Below the pieces are notes generated by a model. That model saw nothing but the letters and a program-made list of their open reading frames with translations, was not told where the DNA came from and searched no databases. This document shows positions 1 to 9,556 of a DNA stretch of 64,000 bases, piece after piece. The translations under genes were made by a program, and so were the position numbers. Position 1 is the stretch's first letter; the number at the start of each line of letters is the position of its first letter. Origin of the DNA: Thermoplasmata archaeon (lineage in GTDB: Archaea > Thermoplasmatota > E2 > JACPAO01 > JAHFTW01); assembly GCA_034667725.1 (NCBI GenBank), contig JAXDQS010000010.1:1-64000 (forward strand). The letters are read 5' to 3'.

Positions 1-1113
1 GCCGAACTGGCGCGCCACGAAGAGGAAGAAGAGCATCACGAGGATGCACATCACCATCGCGATAAGGCCGGCGGTGCCCCCGAAGGCGTACAAGGCGTAG
101 AAGCCGCCGCCCAAGAGAGCCACGGAGATGAGCGTCTCCACGATGATGAAGAGGCGGGTGAGGCGCTTGGCCACGCGTTGGCGCTTGAGGGCGAGGCGCC
201 GGCCTTCGCTGCCGGGCAGGACGCTGATGTGGGGGACGTTCTGGTCCTTCAGGTTGGGCAGGCAGACGACGTCCTCGAGCTCGGCGGGGGGGAGGATCTG
301 CGCCATGGCCTTCGCGATCATGGACTTCCCGGTGCCGGGGTCGCCCAAGAGGAGCAGGTGGCGGCGCTGGCGGGCGGCCTTCTTGGCGACCTCGACGGCC
401 TCCTCCTGGCCGATGACCTCGTCGATCAGCAGCTCGGGGAGCGCCAGGTCCGCCGTGGTGGCAAGGCCCTCGGCGGCGATCCACTTGTGGGGATCGACGT
501 GGCCGAGCGCGTGGCCGTTGGCGCGCTTGGGCGCGACCCCGCCCGCGACCCCCGTCGTGGCCGCGCGGGGCTTGGCGGCGGCCGGCTTGGCCACGGTCTC
601 TGGGGCGGCGGGGGCCGGCTGGTCCGGCGCGGGGGCCGGCGCGCGGGTCGCCAGGAACGCCACGCCGGCCGTCAGCAGGGCGCCCACCGGGAGGGCCACC
701 CAGCCGAACTCGAGCGTGTAGGTCCAGGCCGCCTCGAAGGCGCCGAACGAGAGGCCCCAGAAGCCGACGGGGTCCTGCACGCTGCGCAGGGTGGGGAACG
801 CGAGGTTGCCCCAGGCGAACGCGAAGCCGAAGGCCAAGGCGGCCCACGCCGCCACGGCGCCGGCGACGGCGCCGACGGCGAGGGTGGGGCCGCGGGGCGC
901 CAGGCGGGCGACCTCCAGGGTGGCGCCGACGGCGACGCCAGGGAACAGGACCATGGCGACGCTGGCCCAGAAGCTCGCGGTGACGGCCGCGCCGGCCTCG
1001 ACCCCGGTGTACCCCAGGAGGCTGGCGAGCGCGACGGCGCAGGCGACGGTGGCCAGGAGGCTCGCGGCGGCCGCGGCCGCCAGGGTGGTTCGGGCAAGGG
1101 GTCTAGGGGTCAT
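1..1113 (-). CDS. lonB: Archaeal LonB-type ATP-dependent protease, N-terminal part (runs off window start), with an extra N-terminal hydrophobic region
   Basis: Manual translation from ATG at 1113 gives LIDEVIGQEEAVEVAKKAARQRRHLLLLGDPGTGKSMIAKAMA (Walker A) followed by the two-TM insertion typical of LonB. Not in the ORF track because the stop lies outside the window. Confidence 0.85.
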   Translation of the reverse strand, partial: MTPRPLARTTLAAAAAASLLATVACAVALASLLGYTGVEAGAAVTASFWASVAMVLFPGVAVGATLEVARLAPRGPTLAVGAVAGAVAAWAALAFGFAFAWGNLAFPTLRSVQDPVGFWGLSFGAFEAAWTYTLEFGWVALPVGALLTAGVAFLATRAPAPAPDQPAPAAPETVAKPAAAKPRAATTGVAGGVAPKRANGHALGHVDPHKWIAAEGLATTADLALPELLIDEVIGQEEAVEVAKKAARQRRHLLLLGDPGTGKSMIAKAMAQILPPAELEDVVCLPNLKDQNVPHISVLPGSEGRRLALKRQRVAKRLTRLFIIVETLISVALLGGGFYALYAFGGTAGLIAMVMCILVMLFFLFVARQFG

Positions 1114-1115
1114 GT

Positions 1116-3158
1116 TCACTTGGCCTCCGTGGTGACGTAGGAAGGGGTGCGGCGCTTGGCCAGCATGAGGTAGGTGACGGCGCTCACGGCCGCGAACGCG
1201 ACCATGGCGCCGGCGACGGTGACCGCGGGGCTCGTGATGGTGAGCGCCTGCGGGAACGCGGGGACGGTCGGGATGGGCGGCGGCGGGGGCGAGGGGCAGA
1301 ACTGGGCGGCCAGGGGCTGGAACGCGCCGTACTGCATCGCGCCGTAGTCGTTGACGGCGAAGTAGAACACGTCCATGCCGTTGTCCTGGCGGTGGCGCAC
1401 GAGGCCGTCCTGCTGGTCGTCGAACAGGCTGGGCTGGGTCGCGTAGGCGTCGGCGTTGGAGGCGTCCACCTGGGTGCCGAGCTGGAGCAGGCTGGCGGCC
1501 ACGGGGAAATTGCAGGAGTCGAAGGTCACGATGGCCTTCTTGTAGTCGTTCAGGGAGTAGAACGCGAGCGGGTTGTCGGGGTCGGGCGCCGGGGGCGCGG
1601 GCGTGCCGTCGTCCGGCTGCTGCCACTCCATGTAGATGAGGGCCGCCACGGGGGAGCCGTCGTAGGTGCCGAGCTGCATCGCGGTGACGCCGGCGTCGAA
1701 GGTCTGCTTGCCGCCCAGCATCCGGTTCAAGAGCCCGCCCACGTCGCCGGGAATCGGGTTCCAGTCGTTGCCGTACCAGGAGAACGCGGCGCGAATCTCG
1801 GCGCCGCCCTGCCCCTCCTCCGGGGTGCGCAGGCGGCTCGTGACCAAGGCGAAGTAGCCCGCGTCGGTGACGGACAGCGACGGGTGGCCGCCCGCCAAGG
1901 CGGTCGGGCCGACCAAGGTCGCGTTCCCGGTCAGCGGGTCGATGCGCCACAGGTCGTGGTCGCCGATGCGGGCGCGGCTGCGGGCCGAGTAGCCCGCCTC
2001 CACGGTGCAGACGACGTAGACCGCGCCGTCGTAGGCGACCGCGTCGCTGGCGTCCATGCACGGCCCGATGGGCTTCGTCAGGCCGGTCCAGGGGTCGCGG
2101 GCGCCGGTGCCGCTGAAGCGTGCGTCGATCCAGCCGGCCATGCCGTCGCCCTTGCCTTCGGCGGGCACCATCGCCTTCTCGTGCCAGACGGCCGCGATGC
2201 GCTCCAGCGTCGGGTCGTAGGGCTCGGCGAACTCGCCTACGTCCTCCGCGGTGGAGGGCGCGTCGGGCGTGCTGTTGGCAGGCGCAGGCGGCGTCGGCTC
2301 CGGGTGCGGGACGTCGACGAGGTGGACGCGGGTGATCGGGTTGGTGGGTGCCCGCGACTCGAAGCAGGAGCCGCCCGAGTAGGAGGCAAGCGCCGCGCTC
2401 TCGGTGCGCGGGCTGGAGGCCTTGAACAGGCAGAAGGCGGAGGCGTGGCCGGTGGTGGCGTTGCCGTTGGCCTGGTGCCACAGGTAGCCGAGGTACATGT
2501 TGCCCGCGGTGTCGAACGCGACCGTGGAGGCCTCGCCCAGGCCGGCGCCGTTCGGGATGGGCTGGTCCTGCCAGGTGACGCCCTGGTCGCGCGAGGTGAA
2601 GGCGGTGTGGGAATACCCGGCCACGCGGCTCCGAGGCGACGGGCCGTTGGTGGGCGCGCTGTGCAGGGAAGTGAACACCATCTCGCGCTCGTCCAAAGGA
2701 TTCACGGCAAGGGCGGCATTGCCGAAGTAGTAGTTGCCGACCAGGTTGGTGTCGTAGATGCGGAACGGGCAGTCGGTGTAGACGAAGCGGTCGGTGTCGG
2801 CCGCGTTGCCGCCGTCGGTCGGCAGGTTGATGGGCTGGCCGTTCGGCGGCGTCGGGCAGCAGAACATGATGGGCGGCACCGGGCCGTTGGCCTGGGCCTG
2901 CGCGCAGTCGCCCGGCGGCGCGTCGCCCGCCAGGCCCGCCGTGCCGAACAGCGGCCGCGGCGCCGGGCCGGCGACGGCGGACTCCAGGCCCGCCAGATCC
3001 TCCGGCTGGAGCCAGAAGGGCAGGGGCGCGGGGGCTGGCGTCGTGTGCGACTCGGCCAGGGGCATCGTCGACAGGGCGGAGTGGGCGCCCGCCAGGGGCG
3101 CGGCCACGGCCGCCGCCAGCAGCGCGGCGCCAAGCCACGCCGTTCGGCGCATCGTCAT
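1116..3158 (-). CDS. Secreted, C-terminally anchored protein with Asp-box (BNR/sialidase-like propeller)
   Basis: Signal peptide, SRDQGVTW Asp-box, Pro-rich linker, C-terminal TM followed by KRR; stop sits just upstream of the lonB start. Confidence 0.65.
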   Translation of the reverse strand: MTMRRTAWLGAALLAAAVAAPLAGAHSALSTMPLAESHTTPAPAPLPFWLQPEDLAGLESAVAGPAPRPLFGTAGLAGDAPPGDCAQAQANGPVPPIMFCCPTPPNGQPINLPTDGGNAADTDRFVYTDCPFRIYDTNLVGNYYFGNAALAVNPLDEREMVFTSLHSAPTNGPSPRSRVAGYSHTAFTSRDQGVTWQDQPIPNGAGLGEASTVAFDTAGNMYLGYLWHQANGNATTGHASAFCLFKASSPRTESAALASYSGGSCFESRAPTNPITRVHLVDVPHPEPTPPAPANSTPDAPSTAEDVGEFAEPYDPTLERIAAVWHEKAMVPAEGKGDGMAGWIDARFSGTGARDPWTGLTKPIGPCMDASDAVAYDGAVYVVCTVEAGYSARSRARIGDHDLWRIDPLTGNATLVGPTALAGGHPSLSVTDAGYFALVTSRLRTPEEGQGGAEIRAAFSWYGNDWNPIPGDVGGLLNRMLGGKQTFDAGVTAMQLGTYDGSPVAALIYMEWQQPDDGTPAPPAPDPDNPLAFYSLNDYKKAIVTFDSCNFPVAASLLQLGTQVDASNADAYATQPSLFDDQQDGLVRHRQDNGMDVFYFAVNDYGAMQYGAFQPLAAQFCPSPPPPPIPTVPAFPQALTITSPAVTVAGAMVAFAAVSAVTYLMLAKRRTPSYVTTEAK

Positions 3159-3225
3159 TGCCGCACGACGGCCCCCTTCCCCTGATAACGATTCCCGTCG
3201 CGGTGTCGCAGGTCGTCCGGGCGGG

Positions 3226-4002
3226 CTACGAATCCATCTGGACGGGCGGATAGGCCGCCGGAAGCATCCCGGACCCCTTGGAAATCATGGGGACACAATC
3301 CGGCAAGCTTCCTGATGGAACCAATGGCCGCAGGGCTTGGCACTTGGTCACCCACTCGGAAACGCGAGGTCGCATGGCAAGAGGGATTTGCTCCGGCTTT
3401 GGCGCTCCACATTCTTCACGGCAAGGCGTGCAAACACCATCGACGCAGATGAGGTCGGCTGGAGGAACGCCGCATTCGAGCCCTGAGGAGTTGTCTGCGT
3501 TGAATGAAGAAAGCATGTTATAGGTCGGCGATTCGCCAACAAACAGGCAGCCAATCCAAGGAGCTTTCGGCGACAGGTTCGCAACGACCCCGCTTCCGTG
3601 CTCGCTGAACGCGCCGGTTTCCTGGATGAGTACGGCAAAGCTGCAGAGTTCCTGCGCCTCGCATGTCCCAAAGCCAAATGCAGAGACGCATGTGGGTTCG
3701 CCCTCCACGATTTCGCAGTCAATGAATGCGGGCGTGTATAAAATTCCATAACCCGCCCAAAACCCGCTCGTAGTGGCTTGGCCATTGTAAAAACCGTCAT
3801 CGGTCGGCTCGTCTGCAAGAGCAATGACAAGCCCAATCCTTGGAGTCACTCGAACCGGGCCGTCAGGATAATACGTGTAAGAACAAAAAGTGTCCCGGTT
3901 TGCTTTGCCACCACAGTTGTCAAGCATCAGCATGGCGCCGCCCTGAGGTAGGGAAATTACCGTAAACACCAAAGCCAGCGTCAAGGTCGCGCGAGGAGCC
4001 AT
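3226..4002 (-). CDS. Cys-rich secreted hypothetical protein in a lower-GC patch
   Basis: ORF 3226-4038; signal-like MAPRATLTLALVFTVISL from 4002; many Cys; codon usage unlike neighbours. Confidence 0.5.
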   Translation of the reverse strand: MAPRATLTLALVFTVISLPQGGAMLMLDNCGGKANRDTFCSYTYYPDGPVRVTPRIGLVIALADEPTDDGFYNGQATTSGFWAGYGILYTPAFIDCEIVEGEPTCVSAFGFGTCEAQELCSFAVLIQETGAFSEHGSGVVANLSPKAPWIGCLFVGESPTYNMLSSFNADNSSGLECGVPPADLICVDGVCTPCREECGAPKPEQIPLAMRPRVSEWVTKCQALRPLVPSGSLPDCVPMISKGSGMLPAAYPPVQMDS

Positions 4003-4090
4003 GTTGCGCTGAGAGGTCGCCTCTAGAAAAACCAGCACGCCCAGCGCCCAACCCGAAGTTTTTCTGGAGCATCTTGGTGCATCCTACCCG

Positions 4091-4741
4091 ATGAGCGACC
4101 CCAAGAAGCCCGACCCGTGGGCGAACTTCCCTGGCGGCAACCCCTTCGGCCCCGGCGGCCCGTTCGCCGGCGGCAACCCGTTCGGCCCCGGCGGCTTCAG
4201 CGACCCCAACATGGAGGCCTGGTTCCGCAGCATGGGCATCGACCCCGGCGAGTTCCGCAAGCTGGTCGAGGAGATGCAGCGCAACCTCCAGGAGGCGTTC
4301 AAGGAGTGGGGCAGCGACCCGAACAAGTCGTTCGTCTCCGGCTTCAGCGTCAAGGTCGGGCCGGACGGCAAGCCCAGCTTCAACACGTTCGGCAACAAGC
4401 CGCAGGTCAAGCCCAGCAAGCCCGGCGTCGGCGTGCCCGGCATCCCGTCCGTCGTCAGCGACGAGCGCGAGCCCCTCACCGACGTCATCGACGAAGGCGC
4501 CCACGTGGCGGTCACGATGGAGCTGCCCGGTGTAAGCCGCGACCAGATCGACCTGCGCGTCAACGAAGGCGACCTGGAAATCTCGGTGGACACCGAGCGC
4601 CGCAAGTACCACAAGCGGGTCAAGCTCCCCGCCGCCGTGGACCCGGCCACCACGAAGGCGACCTACAACAACGGCATCCTCGACGTGACCATCCAGAAGA
4701 AAGGCGGCGGGACTCCGGGCGTCAAGGTCCACGTCGAATAG
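4091..4741 (+). CDS. hsp20: Archaeal small heat shock protein Hsp20
   Basis: GFSVKVGPDGKP..F, EREPLTDVI, ELPGV, ATYNNGILDV and C-terminal VxV motif. Confidence 0.92.
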   Translation: MSDPKKPDPWANFPGGNPFGPGGPFAGGNPFGPGGFSDPNMEAWFRSMGIDPGEFRKLVEEMQRNLQEAFKEWGSDPNKSFVSGFSVKVGPDGKPSFNTFGNKPQVKPSKPGVGVPGIPSVVSDEREPLTDVIDEGAHVAVTMELPGVSRDQIDLRVNEGDLEISVDTERRKYHKRVKLPAAVDPATTKATYNNGILDVTIQKKGGGTPGVKVHVE

Positions 4742-4754
4742 CCGAACCGTCGAG

Positions 4755-4903
4755 CCGGGGGCCGCCGTGCGCGCGAGCGCACAGGACGAGCGTGCCGGCC
4801 CGCGCGCGCAGCGGCGCGCCGGCGCGAGGAGCGGCCCCCAAGCCGTGGGGGCGCAGGGGGCGAAGCCCCCGTGCCTGCAAGCGGATAGGCCGCAGCCTAT
4901 CCG
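4755..4903 (+). repeat. Structured dispersed repeat, copy A (multi-hairpin; homologous to 22747-22958 on the minus strand)
   Basis: Same ordered blocks as copy B: CCGGGGGCCGCC, GYGCGC-GYGA-GCGCRC, AGGAC(C)GAG, GCGGCCCCC, G-rich/C-rich GNA-loop hairpin, GCGGAYAGGC-N4-GCCTRTCCG. Confidence 0.75.
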
Positions 4904-4906
4904 TGG

Positions 4907-5104
4907 TCAGTCTTCTTCCTCGTACCCGCACTTCTTGCAGAACCGGATCACGAACCTGCCCTCGACCCGGTATTCGAGGCTGATGTTGTCCTTCGGGCAC
5001 ACGTGCTTCTTGACGCCGGGGCGCAGCACCGTCTCCGTGTCGTCGGTGTCCTCGTTGAACAGCTCTTCGCCGCTGTCGTCGACCTCTTCGAATTCCTCTC
5101 CCAT
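4907..5104 (-). CDS. Small acidic zinc-ribbon protein
   Basis: CPKD...CKKCG, acidic N-terminus, host-like codon usage. Confidence 0.7.
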   Translation of the reverse strand: MGEEFEEVDDSGEELFNEDTDDTETVLRPGVKKHVCPKDNISLEYRVEGRFVIRFCKKCGYEEED

Positions 5105-5187
5105 GCGTCAATGCCTCAGGGCGGGGACCGAAGCGCTCGCGTCTGTTATCACCCTTCTGGTGGGGCGGCGCGCGGTTTCCGCGGCGA

Positions 5188-6174
5188 TCAGGCGGGCGCG
5201 CGGGTGGTGACCAGGCAGCCGTCCTCGGTGATGACCAGGGTGGCTTCGGTCTGGGCGACCATGCCGCCGGAGGCCTCGGACAAGGCCGGGTAGTGCCGCA
5301 GCAGGGCCTCCTTCTGGAGCTGCTGGAGGTTGAAGCCCAGCTTCTGGGGCTCGATGGCGCCCGCGTCGGCCAGCCAGCGCTCGGCGAACGGCAGCCGGGG
5401 GTGGGCGCGCTCGATGTGCGACTGCAGCTTCTTCATGCTGGGCAGGCGGAGCGGGCGGCTGCGCTGGTAGTGGTAGATGTTGCCGGGGCCCGAGTTCTCG
5501 ACCCGGGCGGTGAGGCCGTCGGTCACGAACGGCTCGCAGGCCAGCACGTCGCCGATGCGGGGGCGGCGGTTGACCTTCATGCCGACGTTCGGCACGGTCA
5601 GGCCGGCGTGCAGGTTGAACGTCTCCAGGCTGTGGCCGGTGAGGTTCTGGATGGTGCGGAGCCCGAAGTCCTTGGCCGTCATCTCGATGGCCGCCCCTAC
5701 GGTGCCGAGGTCGCAGTTGGGCCCGATGATGCCGATGGCCTCCTTCAGGCACGCCTCGGACGCCTGGATGAGGCGCTTGTGCCGGCCGTCCGAGCCGGCC
5801 CCGACCTCGACCGTGAGCGCGTTGTCCGAGAGCGCCCCCTCGACCTCCGCGCCGCAGTCGATCTTCACCAGGTCGCCTTCCGCGAACACGGTCTTGTCGT
5901 CGTGGGTCGGCGTGTAGTGCGCCGCCACCGCGCCGATGGAGAGCGTGCAGGGGAACGCCTGGCCGCAGCCCAGGTCCCGGATGCGCTGCTCCACGGCGGC
6001 GGCGACGTCCACCAGGCGGGCGCCGGGGACGCACAGGGCCTTCCCAAGCTGGAGCGCGTCGGCGGCGGCGTGGCCGGCCTTCACCCAATGCTGGAAGACC
6101 TGGTCGGTCTCGACGACGGGCACGGCGACGGCCACTTCGCCCTTCGGGATAACGGTGTCGGACAGGGTGGCCAT
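5188..6174 (-). CDS. map: Methionine aminopeptidase type II
   Basis: AFPC..S....AAHYTP, DLVKIDCG...DNA, NLTGHSL...LHAG, EPF, QTEATL. Confidence 0.93.
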   Translation of the reverse strand: MATLSDTVIPKGEVAVAVPVVETDQVFQHWVKAGHAAADALQLGKALCVPGARLVDVAAAVEQRIRDLGCGQAFPCTLSIGAVAAHYTPTHDDKTVFAEGDLVKIDCGAEVEGALSDNALTVEVGAGSDGRHKRLIQASEACLKEAIGIIGPNCDLGTVGAAIEMTAKDFGLRTIQNLTGHSLETFNLHAGLTVPNVGMKVNRRPRIGDVLACEPFVTDGLTARVENSGPGNIYHYQRSRPLRLPSMKKLQSHIERAHPRLPFAERWLADAGAIEPQKLGFNLQQLQKEALLRHYPALSEASGGMVAQTEATLVITEDGCLVTTRAPA

Positions 6175-6191
6175 CACGGCTGGAGGTCGGA

Positions 6192-7013
6192 CTACGCCAC
6201 CGTGATGGGGAGCAGCATCCCACGCGCGAAGTGCGGCGCGCCGGAGGCCGGGTCGTTCAGGAAGCACAGCATCACGTAGCGGCCGGCCGTCAGGGTGGCC
6301 TCGACGTAGGCGGTGCCGCCGGGGCCCATCGGAGGCAGCAGGCCGACGAAGCGGGCCGGCGGGGCGGCGGTGGCGTTGGGGCCGAGCGACTCCAGCAGCG
6401 ACGCCACGGTGGCGCCCGTGTCCAGCTTGGCGAGGACCGCCTCGTGGGGCTGGCCGCCCTGGGAGAGAATCTTGAAGGTGTGCGTGCCGGCGGCCGTGGT
6501 GACGGGGGCGGAATAGCCGAACTCGTGCATGTCGAACGCGATGTCGGCCGACGGGAGGGCGTAGGCCGTGTCCGGGCTGCCTTGCACCATCACCTCGCGC
6601 ACCATGCCGTCCGCCATGTGGGGAACGCCGTGCTCGCCAGGGATGAGGCAGAGCAGCAGGTGGCGGCCCGGCTGGAGCTTCAGCACGGCCCAGCCCTCCG
6701 CGTTGGGCTCGAACGGCCCGACGCCGCCGGCCCAGTGCATCCAGTCCGCGAGCTCGTCGCGCTCCAGCACCGCAAGGGCCTCCGCGGCGGTCTTGCCCTC
6801 GTCCAGCCGAAGCAAGGCGACGTGGTGCAGCATGGGGGCGCGGTTCTCGAAGTGGAGCTTCACCCAGCCGGCCGGCATCGTGGCGGGCGCCTCGAAGGCC
6901 ATCCCGACCGCCTGGACGTAGACGTCCGGAGGCGGCGGGGACGCCATGCAGCCGGCGAGGAGGGCCGCGGCGAGGACGGCGGCGACGGGAAGCGGGGCCA
7001 AGGTGCGAGGCAC
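6192..7013 (-). CDS. Lipoprotein with two cupredoxin-like repeats
   Basis: LLAGC lipobox; two C-x(8-9)-PH-x3-GM motifs (CLIPGEHGVPHMADGM, CFLNDPASGAPHFARGM), each with an upstream His. Confidence 0.7.
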   Translation of the reverse strand: MPRTLAPLPVAAVLAAALLAGCMASPPPPDVYVQAVGMAFEAPATMPAGWVKLHFENRAPMLHHVALLRLDEGKTAAEALAVLERDELADWMHWAGGVGPFEPNAEGWAVLKLQPGRHLLLCLIPGEHGVPHMADGMVREVMVQGSPDTAYALPSADIAFDMHEFGYSAPVTTAAGTHTFKILSQGGQPHEAVLAKLDTGATVASLLESLGPNATAAPPARFVGLLPPMGPGGTAYVEATLTAGRYVMLCFLNDPASGAPHFARGMLLPITVA

Positions 7014-7024
7014 GCCGCGGCAGC

Positions 7025-7543
7025 CTACTTGCCCTTCTTGTCCTTGCCCATCGCGTCCTTCAGCAGGTCGCCGATGGTGAGGCCGGCGCCGGCCTTCTTC
7101 TTGTCCTGGCCGCTCAGGACCGGGGCCGGGCCCTCGACCTTCTCCAGGAGCGTGATGCCCAGCTCCTTCTCCAGCTTCTTCACCAGGTCGTCGCCGGGGC
7201 GCAGCTTGCCCGCCTCGATGTGCTTGAGCTCGGGGACGCGGGCGCTCACCTTGTTGCCGAGCTGCTCGTGGCTCAGGCCCTTGGCGTCGCGGGCCTTGTG
7301 GATGCGGGCGCCGTAGTCGTCCACCAAGACCTCGGAGGTCTGGGCGTCGTACACGTTGCGGCTGGTCATGCGCTGGGCGCGGCGCTCCAGGCCCTGCTGC
7401 ATCGCGGCCTGGGTGCCCACAGGGGCCGGGGCGTCCATCGGGGTGCCATACTTCGAGCACTCCAGCCCGAGGTTCATCACGGTGCCCTCCACCATGTAGC
7501 GCCGGGTCCCGACCTTCTTGCCGCACATCTCGCATTCGCCCAT
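7025..7543 (-). CDS. mbf1: Archaeal multiprotein bridging factor aMBF1
   Basis: CEMCG Zn ribbon, LVDDYG..I..AR HTH, LEKELGITL, LTIGD; adjacent to PAN as is common in archaea. Confidence 0.9.
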   Translation of the reverse strand: MGECEMCGKKVGTRRYMVEGTVMNLGLECSKYGTPMDAPAPVGTQAAMQQGLERRAQRMTSRNVYDAQTSEVLVDDYGARIHKARDAKGLSHEQLGNKVSARVPELKHIEAGKLRPGDDLVKKLEKELGITLLEKVEGPAPVLSGQDKKKAGAGLTIGDLLKDAMGKDKKGK

Positions 7544-7640
7544 TGCCGTCACCGGGGACCCTCTATGCCACCCAGGCCCTTCCCGACAGGTGGGCCGGGC
7601 AGCAAAGGTCCTTACGACAAGCCCTAAAGGGCGGCTCCAT

Positions 7641-8867
7641 ATGAAGCAAACCGCCGTGAAGGCTCCCAAGGATTCGGACACCCCCGTCCCGGCGCAGGAT
7701 CCGGTGGCCGACCTCGAGAGCCGCAACGCCGAGCTGCGCGACGACAAGCGCAAGGCCGCCAGCGAAATTAAGCACCTCCGGGAGGAGGTCCGCGGTCTCA
7801 CCAAGGAAGTGCAGCGCCTCACCATCGAGCTGGAGAAGGTCAAGCACCCGCCGCTCATCGTCGGCTCGGTCCTCGACACCCTGGTGGACGGCCGCGTCGT
7901 CATCAAGTCCAGCACCGGCCCCAACTTCGTCGTCCCGGTCGCCGACTTCGTGTCCCGCGACAAGCTCTCGCCCGGCACCCGCGTCAGCCTGAGCCAGACC
8001 AACCTCACGGTCGTCGGCATCCTCCCCAGCAGCAAGGACCCCTTGGTCGCCGGCGCGGAGGTCGTCAAGAAGCCCGACGTCACCTACGCCCAGGTCGGCG
8101 GCCTCCAGTCCGTCATCCAGGAGCTCCGGGAGACCGTCGAGTACCCCCTCACCAAGCCCGAGCTGTTCGCCCGCCTCGGCGTCAAGCCCCCCAAGGGTGT
8201 CCTGCTGCGCGGCCTCCCCGGCACCGGCAAGACGATGCTCGCCAAGGCCGTCGCCAACGCCACCGACGCGACCTTCATCCGCATCGTCGGCAGCGAGCTG
8301 GTGCAGAAGTTCATCGGCGAAGGCTCGCGCCGGGTCCACGAGGTCTTCCAGCTCGCCAAGGAGAAGGCCCCCGCCATCATCTTCATCGACGAGATTGACG
8401 CCGTCGGCGCCCGCCGCACCGACGACGGCACTTCCTCGAACCGCGAGGTCGAGCGCACCCTCATGCAGCTGCTGGCGGAGCTGGACGGCTTCGAGCCGCG
8501 CGGCGACGTCCGCATCCTGGCCGCCACCAACCGCAGCGACATCCTCGACCCCGCCCTGCTGCGCCCCGGCCGCTTCGACCGCATCATCGAGGTGCCGCTG
8601 CCGACCCCCGAGGCCGTGCAGGAAATCTTCCGCATCCACACCACCGGCATGACGGTGGACAAGGACGTCGACCTCGCCATCGTCGTCGCCCGCCTCAAGG
8701 CCGTCAGCGGCGCCGACGTGGCCGCCATCTGCACCGAGGCCGGCATGCGCGCCATCCGCCACGAGCGCGACGCCATCGCCCAGACCGACTTCCTGGCCGC
8801 GGTCAAGAAGTTCGAGAAGGGCGAGTTGCACTCGGCGCACCAGCCCGCCGCGGCGCTCTACGCCTGA
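7641..8867 (+). CDS. pan: Proteasome-activating nucleotidase
   Basis: N-terminal coiled coil, IKSSTGP OB domain, GLPGTGKT, IFIDEID, LLRPGRFDR, C-terminal HbYX motif LYA. Confidence 0.95.
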   Translation: MKQTAVKAPKDSDTPVPAQDPVADLESRNAELRDDKRKAASEIKHLREEVRGLTKEVQRLTIELEKVKHPPLIVGSVLDTLVDGRVVIKSSTGPNFVVPVADFVSRDKLSPGTRVSLSQTNLTVVGILPSSKDPLVAGAEVVKKPDVTYAQVGGLQSVIQELRETVEYPLTKPELFARLGVKPPKGVLLRGLPGTGKTMLAKAVANATDATFIRIVGSELVQKFIGEGSRRVHEVFQLAKEKAPAIIFIDEIDAVGARRTDDGTSSNREVERTLMQLLAELDGFEPRGDVRILAATNRSDILDPALLRPGRFDRIIEVPLPTPEAVQEIFRIHTTGMTVDKDVDLAIVVARLKAVSGADVAAICTEAGMRAIRHERDAIAQTDFLAAVKKFEKGELHSAHQPAAALYA

Positions 8868-8971
8868 GCGGCCGCCGCACGCCTTGTCGGCACGCGATGG
8901 TTCATCACACCCCCGGGCGTTCACGGCTCATGACCGCGTCCTTTATGCCGAGCTCCCCGGTGGTCTTGCCG

Positions 8972-9556
8972 ATGGAAGCGCAGGAGGCCCTCCGGCAGGC
9001 CGAGGCCCACCTCAAGAACGCCGTCGAGCTGGTGGGCCGCCCCGTGGGCAAGGAGGAGCTCCTGTACATGTGGGACAACCAGATCACGGCGCTGGACAAT
9101 TTCCTGGCCGACACCGAGTCGGTGCAGTCGGACCAGCTCAAGGCCCTCCGCCCCCAGTTGCGCGAGGCCAAGAAGAAGCTCACCGACGCCGTCGTCGCCT
9201 TCGAGGCCCAGGCCGCCGGCGAGGCCATGCCGACCGACGAGCCCACCAAGGAGGAGTGGGTCCAGGCCTACCTGGAGCAGTCGCAGGACATGATCGCCCT
9301 CGTCAAGGAGGCGCTCGCCGAGAAGGTCAAGGGCGTGCAGGACCTGGTGAAGTGGGAGGAGCCGCTCGCCGTCATCAACGGCTACCTTGCCGACTCCGAG
9401 CCGTTCCAGGACGCCAGCCGCGAGCTCCGCAAGGCCCGCAGCGTCGTGCGCATGGCCCGCAAGGACCTCAAGGCGTCGATCGAGGGCGTGTTCCAGCAGT
9501 GGAAGGCCGCCGACCGCGCGTCGGCCACGACGGACAGCGACGACGACGAGGACTGA
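8972..9556 (+). CDS. Hypothetical alpha-helical protein with internal two-fold repeat
   Basis: Host-like codons; two similar halves (W...I..LDNFLADTE / W...L..INGYLADSE); start uncertain (8897-8972). Confidence 0.6.
   Translation: MEAQEALRQAEAHLKNAVELVGRPVGKEELLYMWDNQITALDNFLADTESVQSDQLKALRPQLREAKKKLTDAVVAFEAQAAGEAMPTDEPTKEEWVQAYLEQSQDMIALVKEALAEKVKGVQDLVKWEEPLAVINGYLADSEPFQDASRELRKARSVVRMARKDLKASIEGVFQQWKAADRASATTDSDDDED

Noticed and set aside
4755-4903. Hammerhead or other known ribozyme
   Set aside because: No CUGANGA/GAAA core or other ribozyme consensus I can recognise in either copy.
9468-9556. 89-bp convergent overlap as a regulatory feature
   Set aside because: Most simply a lost stop after the Kelch protein's TM tail in GC-rich DNA; no further support.
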